From a virus: a DNA stretch of 64,000 bases. The notes beneath the pieces were generated by a model, which saw only the letters and a program-made list of their open reading frames with translations, ran no database searches and was not told the origin of the DNA. Positions within the stretch are counted from its first letter, which is position 1; every line of letters begins with the position of its first letter. Location: the IMG/VR virus record IMGVR_UViG_3300028197_001695, positions 32,001-96,000 of that record; one strand, 5' to 3'. The position numbers and the translations under genes are program-made. Positions 10,027 through 18,164 of this stretch are shown here, one piece after another.

Positions 10027-11081
10027 AATAATTCTTTTTTGGATATCCCCAAGATTCTTGCTTTATAATCGTCCATACTTTCCAATCTGTCAGCTTCTTC
10101 TTCAATTAATTTGTTTTGAAGTTCGGCCATCATGATCATACGGTCTCTTTCTTCTCGTTCTTGGAATGCTTCAACTAAAGCGAAGATAGAACCATTCTCC
10201 TCGCCCTTAGATTTCAATCTCGCAGTTCTAGATCCGTTCAAGTCTTTCGTCAGGGATTCAATGCGCTTCTCGCACTGGTTAAGCTCTTCACTGGTAGCCT
10301 TGATAATCTCCGTCAGACGCATTGTGATGTCCCTTTCGTTGTCTTGGTCGTCCAGTAGTGCATTAAGCTTGTCAATACGCATCTGGATGTGTTTCTGGCG
10401 CACGTAGTTAGCACATACAGTCACATATAGATTCAATTCGTCGTTAGTGAGGTCAGGCTTATCCCAAACAGCACGAACGAACTCGCTTTCGAATAAGTTT
10501 CTGTCAGCTAGAGTCGCATACTGATTAATAAAATGATTGAAGCGAGGGCTTTTAAAATAAAGAATTAATTGCTCTACTAGTTTCTTTTGTTTTGTTTGGA
10601 GGTTTAGTTCCTCTAGACGAGTGCCGCAGAAGTTGTTGATCTTGACAATCGCTCTGTTTATAGATTTAGGTGGAGTCCATTTCTCTTTTGTAACAATTTC
10701 ATTATCGTCTACAATCTCTGGTCTGTAAGTTCTTAAGAAATCAACAATAACCCTATGCTTCATACTCAGGGGCTGAACATCACGATCCTTGAAGGTGAGT
10801 CGAGCAATCTCTAATGCATTCATCCCAACCTCAATATTGTCAGTCATCAAGAACTCTTTTTGTTCTTTGTCCAAATGAATCTGCTCTACTTTCGGGGCAA
10901 GGGATGTTTTTGCTTTTTTATCTTGTTCAGCTAAGAACTTCCTAACTGCACGACCCTGTTTCGATCTCCCATCAATATCTTCGTCATTAAATATCTTTCG
11001 GGTTATATACATTAAGTCAGGGTTCTTTTTAAACAGTTTTAAAATCTGCTCTTTCTGCTCTTCTGTTAAATCGTATATCAT
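10023..11081 (-). CDS. Hypothetical coiled-coil protein, candidate terminase small subunit
   Basis: 352 aa with possible HTH segments and a long C-terminal coiled coil, two genes upstream of TerL. Function is positional inference. Confidence 0.45.
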   Translation of the reverse strand: MIYDLTEEQKEQILKLFKKNPDLMYITRKIFNDEDIDGRSKQGRAVRKFLAEQDKKAKTSLAPKVEQIHLDKEQKEFLMTDNIEVGMNALEIARLTFKDRDVQPLSMKHRVIVDFLRTYRPEIVDDNEIVTKEKWTPPKSINRAIVKINNFCGTRLEELNLQTKQKKLVEQLILYFKSPRFNHFINQYATLADRNLFESEFVRAVWDKPDLTNDELNLYVTVCANYVRQKHIQMRIDKLNALLDDQDNERDITMRLTEIIKATSEELNQCEKRIESLTKDLNGSRTARLKSKGEENGSIFALVEAFQEREERDRMIMMAELQNKLIEEEADRLESMDDYKARILGISKKELL

Positions 11082-11755
11082 TATATATCTTCCTCTTTTA
11101 CTAGCTTAGCTGCTATATTATAAAACTTCTTCTTCAGGTTATTTATTTGTTTGTATCTAGGTGTCTTTCTTTTACTTGTATCTCTCTTGAACCCAAACTT
11201 ATTAGCAACCTCTACTTCATCTACATGATCTATAAACAAAAGCTTGTATATCTCTTTATGCTTTTCGTTTAACTGACCCATAACCAAAAGATGTATCTTC
11301 ATCGATTTCTTATCATAATCTAATTCATCTTCGTTTATCCTGTCTTTAACAGAGATTAAAGAATCTAAAGAGACTGGCATCTTTAAATTAAATGCATTTT
11401 GTTTTTTGCTTTTCCATTTCATGAAGTCATCACACTCTTCATCCTGCTCTTTACTCTTAGTAAAACCACACTCATCACCTCCTAAATAAAAAGAACACCG
11501 CAAACATGGTTTAGCAAAGTTCCCATAATGATTCCTTATCAGATTTTTTATCTGATTACTAATCAACATAGAAGCCCAAGGCTTAAACGCTCTCTTCTGG
11601 TCCCACAAATGCCACTTTTTATAGATATGGATACGGATTATTTGAGACACATCGTCATAATCCAACCAAGCTATGGAATTAAGCTGCCACTTAGCCCTAT
11701 ATCTACTTAAAAGTTCTTCAATTTCTTGGACAAGGTCTTCGTAACTTTTATCCAT
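11081..11755 (-). CDS. Phage RNA polymerase sigma factor (sigma70/ECF-like) with Cys-rich insert
   Basis: Region-2-like LDYDDVSQIIRIHIYKKWHLWD...FKPWASMLISNQIKNLIR; region-4-like LNEKHKEIYKLLFID...EVANKFG. Start moved to ATG 11755, which overlaps the upstream stop. Confidence 0.75.
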   Translation of the reverse strand: MDKSYEDLVQEIEELLSRYRAKWQLNSIAWLDYDDVSQIIRIHIYKKWHLWDQKRAFKPWASMLISNQIKNLIRNHYGNFAKPCLRCSFYLGGDECGFTKSKEQDEECDDFMKWKSKKQNAFNLKMPVSLDSLISVKDRINEDELDYDKKSMKIHLLVMGQLNEKHKEIYKLLFIDHVDEVEVANKFGFKRDTSKRKTPRYKQINNLKKKFYNIAAKLVKEEDI

Positions 11756-12122
11756 CAATATCTTGGACTCTTGATGAAGCGCAATCTGCTTGACTTTGTT
11801 TGAGCATATCCTCTCCATTAGGTAGATTTGATGCTCGTCTAGAAGTCTTATCTCTATTAGCGTCTTCAGGAGTCGCAGACTTCCAAAGATCAGTTAAGGT
11901 TGTTTGTTGCGAGTTAGCCTCTGCGATAATATCATTCTTCATTTTGTTCAAATCAAAGGAGCGAGGACTTTCTTCCTCACGTTCAATTTCAGCAACAGCT
12001 TCTTCGCGAGCTGGCGCAGGAGCAGCCGATCCAATCGTCGTACCACACGACGAACAAAACTTGGGTTTAGTCACCTCGTACACGTTTTTGTGGCCGCAGG
12101 AAGAACAGAAAACTTTATTCAT
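11748..12122 (-). CDS. Zinc-ribbon protein
   Basis: N-terminal FCSSCG...KFCSSCG. Confidence 0.7.
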   Translation of the reverse strand: MNKVFCSSCGHKNVYEVTKPKFCSSCGTTIGSAAPAPAREEAVAEIEREEESPRSFDLNKMKNDIIAEANSQQTTLTDLWKSATPEDANRDKTSRRASNLPNGEDMLKQSQADCASSRVQDIDG

Positions 12123-12130
12123 ATCAAATT

Positions 12131-12805
12131 TTATTGATTTTGGGCTAATAATTCAATTTTTTCTACAAGATAACTGATAATTTTATCTCTTATCACATCT
12201 TCTTTCCCAAATTCTACACTATACACCCCTTTTTTGGAACTCTGCTCGTCTTCAAACAAAGACTTAAGCCTATCAAAACCACTATTCCTAATATCACTCT
12301 GCAAACTATCCCCACACACAAACAACTTACTGCCACGACCTATCCTTGTAAGCACTGTAGTCAATTCTCTCACACTCATATTCTGAGCCTCATCCACAAT
12401 AACCACTTTCTCCCTCCAAGTACATCCGCGCAAAAAGTTTATCGGTTCCGCTTCTAGTACCTTTTTATTTTTTAATTGCTCTTTCTCTGGCTTATTTAAT
12501 AACTCATCAATCTTATCTAAAAGCGGAGCCATATATGGCCCAAACTTATCATCGATGTCTCCTTTCAGAAAACCTATCCCCCTATCCGCACTCTCCACAA
12601 CACTACGCAAATACAATATTTTTAAGTTTTTGTCATTATTATACAAATCTAACGCAGAATAAACAGAAAGAAATGTCTTAGCTGTCCCCGCTGGACCCCC
12701 AACAAACACAATCCTTGTTTTATCATCAGTCATGATGTCATAGAATTCCTTTTGTTTCTTTGTCAATTCAATATGACCCAACAATAAGCTATTATCTTTT
12801 GCCAT
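12131..12805 (-). CDS. phoH: PhoH-family ATPase
   Basis: GPAGTAKT Walker A, IGFLKGD, EPINFLRG, IVDEAQN, LTRIG, GDSLQSD motifs. Confidence 0.95.
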   Translation of the reverse strand: MAKDNSLLLGHIELTKKQKEFYDIMTDDKTRIVFVGGPAGTAKTFLSVYSALDLYNNDKNLKILYLRSVVESADRGIGFLKGDIDDKFGPYMAPLLDKIDELLNKPEKEQLKNKKVLEAEPINFLRGCTWREKVVIVDEAQNMSVRELTTVLTRIGRGSKLFVCGDSLQSDIRNSGFDRLKSLFEDEQSSKKGVYSVEFGKEDVIRDKIISYLVEKIELLAQNQ

Positions 12806-13029
12806 TTGTTTTTATCTATTACACACCAAAGCATGTAGTTTCATATTATTATATGGCGCATCCTCCATTAGTTATAAAAAAACTTTACTTATAGTGTTCA
12901 CCACCCCCCCGCTGTGTGTGTGTCAAGCACAAAAGTAAAAACTTTCAGAAAACCCCTCCCCTTTGCAAAAATGTCAGGTAATACAAAAAAAAGCTTTTAA
13001 TTGTCAGGCATCTGTGTTATACTATGCCC

Positions 13030-13281
13030 ATGAAAGAAATTACCTCAATCACCACCAAGTCAGTCCAAGATCTAGAAATCAGTGATGATATGCATGACAC
13101 GGTTGAAATGGGATATATGGAAGCAGATAAGTGTTTCTACTACTGCGAATTCTCTCACAAAGGAAAGTCTTACGAGGGAGTCATTGAAGCAGTTAGGGTT
13201 TGGGACGAAGGTTCTGAATGCGCTTTCGTAGAATGGGAAGGCGATACCATTAATAACGTCGAAGAAATCGCTTGCGCTTAA
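13030..13281 (+). CDS. Early hypothetical protein (paralog of next gene)
   Basis: Start set at the ATG 6 nt after TATACT; shares the F-x-(H/Y)-x-GK-x-Y-x-G-x-I motif with 13307-13510. Confidence 0.7.
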   Translation: MKEITSITTKSVQDLEISDDMHDTVEMGYMEADKCFYYCEFSHKGKSYEGVIEAVRVWDEGSECAFVEWEGDTINNVEEIACA

Positions 13282-13306
13282 TTCTTTTTTCTAGTATACT
13301 ATGCTC

Positions 13307-13510
13307 ATGACAAAGATCACCTATGGCGAAGTTAAAGACTCAATAGAGTTTGGAGAAGTAGTTGAGCAAGATGGTTGCTGGGCTACTCACTTGGTAGCTT
13401 TCACCTATGAGGGTAAAGAATATACTGGTGCTATACAGTCAGACCCAGAACTGAACGGCAAAATCTATGATGACGAGGCTATCGAATACCCTGAAATTAA
13501 TTCAAAATAA
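13307..13510 (+). CDS. Early hypothetical protein
   Basis: ATG 6 nt after TATACT; acidic 67 aa. Confidence 0.7.
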   Translation: MTKITYGEVKDSIEFGEVVEQDGCWATHLVAFTYEGKEYTGAIQSDPELNGKIYDDEAIEYPEINSK

Positions 13511-13558
13511 TAGCAAAGAAAGCTTGCACCACTCAGAAAAATAAAGTAAACTCCTCAC

Positions 13559-13885
13559 ATGACCGCGACACAAGAAGCACTAGCAGCAATGGCCAAAGCA
13601 GAGCAAGGCATGAATAGCATGATCGATGACATCGTTAAATCTTCAGAAACTTTCACGCAGGATTGCAAGGAGCAGAAGGAGAAACTTTCTGACGCTCCAG
13701 CCTTTGAGCAAGCGCAAGAGAGAGCGCATGAAAACTTTGAGAACTTCATGCAGGAGAGACAAGCAGGGAGAGACTTGGATTACGTAGTGTCGGAAGCCAT
13801 CTGGCTCCTTCAGAAGACTGACCCTTTCCTAGCCAAGCACCTAAACAAAGCTCTAGGAAAATACAGAAATAATCGCGTAAAGTAA
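13559..13885 (+). CDS. Early hypothetical coiled-coil protein
   Basis: 108 aa, own leaderless promoter. Confidence 0.75.
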   Translation: MTATQEALAAMAKAEQGMNSMIDDIVKSSETFTQDCKEQKEKLSDAPAFEQAQERAHENFENFMQERQAGRDLDYVVSEAIWLLQKTDPFLAKHLNKALGKYRNNRVK

Positions 13886-13933
13886 CAAATAAAGCTTGTA
13901 GCCAACCCAAAAATAAAGTAAAATACTCTCGTT

Positions 13934-14278
13934 ATGAAAAACACCACTACCACTACCACTACCCGCTTCGATCACGCCCTCTATGGCCTTGGAGAACAAG
14001 CATTAAAGCGCAAGCTTACCAATCGCGTTGTGACTTACCTCAATGAAGGCGAGTCTACAGTTAAGGCTGACGGGGAGCGTCAGTTAGTAATCCAAAAAGA
14101 TTTTGTGGATGGCTTTGCCAAAGGTACGGGTCGTCGCTACATCCAAGGATATGTTGCAGACCTCGACGATGGGGGTAAGATCAAGCCCCGCACCCTGCAC
14201 GTTGCAGGGATCAGCGAAGTGAAAGGTCGCTTGGCCACCGCTTGGGCCTTGGCCATGTCAGTCTATAAGAAAATCTAG
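13934..14278 (+). CDS. Early hypothetical protein
   Basis: 114 aa, own promoter, followed by a terminator. Confidence 0.75.
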   Translation: MKNTTTTTTTRFDHALYGLGEQALKRKLTNRVVTYLNEGESTVKADGERQLVIQKDFVDGFAKGTGRRYIQGYVADLDDGGKIKPRTLHVAGISEVKGRLATAWALAMSVYKKI

Positions 14279-14299
14279 TTTCTGTGTGTGTGTTATTGG

Positions 14300-14336
14300 C
14301 CCGTCAGTCTCTGCGGAGGCTGGCGGGTTTTCTTTT
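14300..14336 (+). terminator. Intrinsic terminator
   Basis: CCCGTCAGTCTC-TGCG-GAGGCTGGCGGG then TTTTCTTTT. Confidence 0.8.
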
Positions 14337-14446
14337 GCGGCTGGTCCCTTAGGATGAGGGTGTCACCTCATCTTAAAATAAAAAATAAAAGTGTCAAGCG
14401 TTTTACCTAAAAAAAAGTGAAATAAAATAATTAAAAAAAAGCCTCC

Positions 14447-14521
14447 TAAGTCGTTGAGTCTCAAGGAGTTAGGACGACGCGCCCCGCCCCCGCCCGTAAC
14501 TCGTTGAATACAAGTGAGTTA
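14447..14521. repeat. 75-bp tripartite element, copy 1
   Basis: TAAGTCGTTG-AGTCT-CAAGGAGTTA / 25-bp GC spacer / TAACTCGTTG-AATAC-AAGTGAGTTA. Confidence 0.9.
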
Positions 14522-14662
14522 CAAAGGTTTTTTCTATACCATAATCGCGAGGCAATGCAAGCATTAAAACAAAAAAATAAACCTGTCTGACAACTTAAAA
14601 AAAAATCATTTAATATGCAAAAAGAGCTTTTAATACACTCTAATCTGTGCTAAAATACACGC

Positions 14663-14938
14663 ATGACAACGAACAAAGAACACCAGTCAGCAAACTACAA
14701 TAGCAGCGTAACTTGGGATGATGGCCGCACAGTTAAATTCAACGAATACTTTGAGGTCGAGGGCTTCACCAAAGTCCTTTCTGTTTCTCCTTCTGAATAC
14801 TCTATAGAAGAAAACCTTAAGCAGCGCAAGGCTTTAGGCGGTGGCAATTCTTATGGCTACCGTTACAAGTCTATGCAGAGAGAAGAGTGGTATGTAGACT
14901 TCGAGGCAAAAGCTTTCTGGTCTTCTGACAACTGCTAA
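14663..14938 (+). CDS. Early hypothetical protein
   Basis: 91 aa, leaderless promoter. Confidence 0.75.
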   Translation: MTTNKEHQSANYNSSVTWDDGRTVKFNEYFEVEGFTKVLSVSPSEYSIEENLKQRKALGGGNSYGYRYKSMQREEWYVDFEAKAFWSSDNC

Positions 14939-14993
14939 AAAAAAAGAATAAAAAACCCTTGCACAGAATTAAAAAATAAACTATACTTCCCAC

Positions 14994-15185
14994 ATGACCA
15001 AGACAAACACCACCGAACGAACCGACCTAGCGAGATTCTTCAAAGAGCGCAACGCAGCAAGCGATATGCGTTTAGAGATCTCCTATCTCACTGGCCTTGC
15101 AAAATACGATAACCCTGAGATCTCAGAGAGACTTGAGAAGATTCTCGAAAAACATGACCAAGAGAGAGAACAGAACTGGCTTTAA
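14994..15185 (+). CDS. Early hypothetical protein
   Basis: 63 aa, leaderless promoter. Confidence 0.7.
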   Translation: MTKTNTTERTDLARFFKERNAASDMRLEISYLTGLAKYDNPEISERLEKILEKHDQEREQNWL

Positions 15186-15218
15186 TTCACCCGCACCCAA
15201 ACACTAACAAAAAAAATT

Positions 15219-15554
15219 ATGAATCACCGTTTAAACTACCTAAAAAACTTCGTTTCCATCGTAATGGTCACTCATCTTGCTGTGCTCGCCATCTTCGGCT
15301 TGTTGGCATACTTCGTTGGCTTACCTCAAGCCATTGACAACATAGGAGGATGGTATGAAACAAAAGCGAATGGAGAGGTATACTATCATGCGTATAACTT
15401 CCTTCACTTCATGGCTCTCACTTACCTCCCTGCTATGGTGCTGGCTCCTTGCATCACTGTAATCGACTGGATCAATGACGCACCCGCAAGACGCAAGCTC
15501 AAGCGCACACCTAACACAATCACAGGAAAAGAATTAGTTGACATAAAACTCTAA
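15219..15554 (+). CDS. Early membrane protein
   Basis: 111 aa with two hydrophobic segments. Confidence 0.7.
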   Translation: MNHRLNYLKNFVSIVMVTHLAVLAIFGLLAYFVGLPQAIDNIGGWYETKANGEVYYHAYNFLHFMALTYLPAMVLAPCITVIDWINDAPARRKLKRTPNTITGKELVDIKL

Positions 15555-15596
15555 AATAATCTTTGCAATAAACTCAAAATACACTATACTAACATC

Positions 15597-15950
15597 ATGA
15601 CCGTTAAGAAACCAGCATTCATCTACTCCGTAATTGTTAAAGCCCTCAAAGACTGTCGCTTGAGAGAAGATCACGCCAAATTAGAAGATCCATCAATTGA
15701 CAACTACACTGAAGCTGTAATCATTGATATGTGCAGGGCAGCAGTTGATAATAATCGCGACATCCGTGACTTTCGCGCAGTGTGCGAGGAAACACTAAAG
15801 GTGATCCTCCGCTTGCGTAGAGATTCAATACCAATGATCGGACCGACTTGTCATAATAATCTCGTCAAGGAAGGTCTCATGATCGAAAGCGATGATCTTG
15901 AGTCGCGCCCCAAGGAGATGCTTGGCGCAGCATTCACTAAAAATAATTAA
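15597..15950 (+). CDS. Early hypothetical protein
   Basis: 117 aa, leaderless promoter. Confidence 0.75.
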   Translation: MTVKKPAFIYSVIVKALKDCRLREDHAKLEDPSIDNYTEAVIIDMCRAAVDNNRDIRDFRAVCEETLKVILRLRRDSIPMIGPTCHNNLVKEGLMIESDDLESRPKEMLGAAFTKNN

Positions 15951-16004
15951 AAAAACATTTAAAAAGGGCTTGCATCTAATTCTTTTCTGGAGTATACTAT
16001 CGGC

Positions 16005-16238
16005 ATGGCAACAATAACAGCAGACCAGTTAGCACTATTCGGATATGAAGCGGCCCTCAGAGGAGATGAGAGCGCGACTTGTCCAACCTCTTACCTTGGG
16101 TATGTAATCCCAGACGTATTCCCCGACGGGGAATCAGCTCAGGCAGTTTGGCGGGTAGCCTACCGTGATGGCGTAGAGTGTCGCGCAACCTACGAGGTAG
16201 AAGGCAGACAAGACGCAGCGCGAGACTGGCAAGACTAG
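16005..16238 (+). CDS. Early protein, weakly ribosome-modulation-factor-like
   Basis: GYEAALRG...CP...W...AYRDG resembles the RMF pattern GYxAGxxG...CPY...W..GW. Confidence 0.45.
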   Translation: MATITADQLALFGYEAALRGDESATCPTSYLGYVIPDVFPDGESAQAVWRVAYRDGVECRATYEVEGRQDAARDWQD

Positions 16239-16258
16239 CCGCTTCCCGCACTCCCCGC

Positions 16259-16286
16259 AAGGCTCCCGAAAGGGAGCTTTTTTTTT
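16259..16286 (+). terminator. Intrinsic terminator
   Basis: GCTCCC-GAAA-GGGAGC plus T9. Confidence 0.9.
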
Positions 16287-16345
16287 GCTTTTGTGCCTTT
16301 TTTAGCTTTACATCCCGAAAAAATCATTTTTAAATAAAAACGTTG

Positions 16346-16464
16346 TAACTCGTTGAGTATCAAGGGGTTAGGGGCCGCGCCCCCGCCGCGCCCCGTAAGT
16401 CGTTGTTAATCAGTGACTTAGAGCGTTTTTGATGAACTTTAACTCATTGAGTACCAGTGGCTTA
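16346..16464. repeat. 75-bp tripartite element, copy 2, with a third palindrome
   Basis: TAACTCGTTG-AGTAT-CAAGGGGTTA (16346) / 25-bp all-GC spacer / TAAGTCGTTG-TTAAT-CAGTGACTTA (16396); extra site TAACTCATTG-AGTAC-CAGTGGCTTA at 16440-16464. Confidence 0.9.
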
Positions 16465-16470
16465 TCTCTT

Positions 16471-16498
16471 ATAGATCTGGGCCTATAGATCTGGGCCT
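16471..16498 (+). repeat. Perfect 14-bp tandem repeat
   Basis: ATAGATCTGGGCCT x2, followed by degenerate TATTTGG-type copies. Confidence 0.85.
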
Positions 16499-16725
16499 AT
16501 ATATTTGGCTTATTTGCTTTTAACCTTAGTGACCTTAGTGCATTATTTGCTTAAATATCTGGCGATGTTTGTCAAGTTTATTTGCAAAAATATTTGGCAT
16601 TGTTGGCCCAAAAAAAAATCACTTTAAACGCAAAAAAGGTATTGCGCTTCATAAAAAAATACTTTAGACTCTCACCAGTTCAGAGGCAGTTCTCTGACAA
16701 TAACCAACTAGAAACTACTACTACC

Positions 16726-17523
16726 ATGAAAAACCTAATCTACTCATCCAATAAAGTCAGCTATGATCAACTCAAAGAAGTTGAAAAGCCTGAGCCTATG
16801 GGTTCGCGTCACTTCCCAATCGACCATCACGAGTTGGTCGATATCGCGAAGCGCGAATTACGAGGCGCAGGTTTTGAGGTCGTGCAAGAGGAGCACGGAC
16901 TTTCCGAGAAAGGTATGAATTGCTTTTCTGGTTTTGCTATCCGCAAGGAAGACATTGAGAACAAAGACCGCGAGCTTGTCTTCGGTCTTCGGAACTCTCA
17001 CAATCAAAAGTTCGCTAGTTCTGTGGCGGTTGGCTCTTCGATGCTTGTTTGCGAGAATCTTTGCTTCTCTTCTGACATTACCCTGTCACGCAAGCACACC
17101 CGCAACATTTTTCAGGATCTCCCTCTCGTTATGGGTGAGGCGATTGGGTCTATTCAAAAGACTTGGAAAAATGAAGGTAAGCGCATCGAGACTTACAAAA
17201 ATACCCAAGCTGATGAGATCGAGGTAATCAATCAGCTAATCAAAGCTGGCTTGATCAAGCCCACCAAGATTGAAAAATTCTTGGATCTTGTTCAGAATGG
17301 CGGGGTCGATGTCAACGGCACAAAGGGAGCCTTCCACGAACATCGCGGAACACTCTGGAACATCTTCAACGCTGTTACAGAATCCTACAAGGATTTGACT
17401 GCTAACAATGTCATGCACCTCCCACGCATGACAATGCAGACTCAAAGTATTCTTGACAGGGTCGCAAGCCCCTCTTTAATTACTGCGGAAGATAAAAATT
17501 CAGCCCTAGTGCTTTCTGCTTAA
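16726..17523 (+). CDS. DUF932-family (phage/plasmid-like) protein
   Basis: GLRNSHNQKFASSVAVG...LVCEN...RKHT motif. The TTG start at 16582 lies upstream of the promoter, so ATG 16726 is preferred. Confidence 0.75.
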   Translation: MKNLIYSSNKVSYDQLKEVEKPEPMGSRHFPIDHHELVDIAKRELRGAGFEVVQEEHGLSEKGMNCFSGFAIRKEDIENKDRELVFGLRNSHNQKFASSVAVGSSMLVCENLCFSSDITLSRKHTRNIFQDLPLVMGEAIGSIQKTWKNEGKRIETYKNTQADEIEVINQLIKAGLIKPTKIEKFLDLVQNGGVDVNGTKGAFHEHRGTLWNIFNAVTESYKDLTANNVMHLPRMTMQTQSILDRVASPSLITAEDKNSALVLSA

Positions 17524-17540
17524 ATTTCCTTGACATAGCA

Positions 17541-17580
17541 AGCCCCGTCCCCTCTGCATGGGGGGCGGGGTTTTTCTTTT
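17541..17580 (+). terminator. Intrinsic terminator
   Basis: GCCCCGTCCCC...GGGGGCGGGG plus T-tract. Confidence 0.8.
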
Positions 17581-17602
17581 GTCAATAATAAAAAAAACGC
17601 TC

Positions 17603-17677
17603 TAAGTCGTTGAGTATCAATGAGTTAGGGGCCAGCCCCCCGCCGCGCCCCGTAACTCCTTATCAATCAGTGACTTA
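17603..17677. repeat. 75-bp tripartite element, copy 3
   Basis: TAAGTCGTTG-AGTAT-CAATGAGTTA / 25-bp GC spacer / TAACTCCTTA-TCAAT-CAGTGACTTA. Confidence 0.9.
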
Positions 17678-17789
17678 CGACGATTGTTTCCATATCACAA
17701 AAAACTAAGAGTGCAAGCGCAAATTAAAATAATAAAAAACATTAAAAAAGCCTTGTCTCGCATAAAAATCCTGTCACAATACTTTCGTT

Positions 17790-18140
17790 ATGGGATTAGA
17801 TCAAAATGCATATAGACAGGACTCCAACGGGGAAGATGTAGAACTCGCCACTTGGAGAAAGCACAACGCCTTGCAAGGCTGGATGGAAAAACTCTGGACT
17901 CTCAAAACGGGAAAGCCAGCAAATGAATTGAATTGTGAGGTCATGCAATTGACTGCGGAGGATTTAGAAAGTCTGTGGGCAGTGGTTAAAGCTGACGATT
18001 TGCCAGTAACGCAAGGTTTCTTTTTCGGTGCTGATAGCAGTCAGGATGAAACAAGGAAAGAAAAGGATCTTCGGTTTGTTGATGATGCTCTAAAGGCCAT
18101 TGATGATGGGGAAAAAGTTTTTTATTCTTGCTGGTGGTAA
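17790..18140 (+). CDS. Conserved phage early protein
   Basis: MGLDQ...WRKHNALQGWM...LPVTQGFFFG...FYSCWW; a pattern I recognise from aquatic phages. Confidence 0.75.
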   Translation: MGLDQNAYRQDSNGEDVELATWRKHNALQGWMEKLWTLKTGKPANELNCEVMQLTAEDLESLWAVVKADDLPVTQGFFFGADSSQDETRKEKDLRFVDDALKAIDDGEKVFYSCWW

Positions 18141-18164
18141 ATCTTTACCCAATAATTAAACACT

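Larger units (their letters stand above)
12995..16670 (+). promoter_or_regulatory. Array of sigma70-type early promoters, mostly leaderless
   Basis: -35/-10 pairs with 16-17 nt spacers: TTTTAA/TATACT (-10 at 13018), TTGCGC/TATACT (13295), TTGCAC/TAAACT (13547), TTGTAG/TAAAAT (13919), TTTTAA/TAAAAT (14651), TTGCAC/TATACT (14982), TTGCAA/TATACT (15585), TTGCAT/TATACT (15993), TTGCGC/TAGACT (16665). Confidence 0.85.

Noticed and set aside
16582-16725. N-terminal extension of the DUF932 ORF given in the ORF track
   Set aside because: It runs through the promoter and A-tracts; ATG 16726 downstream of the promoter is more plausible.
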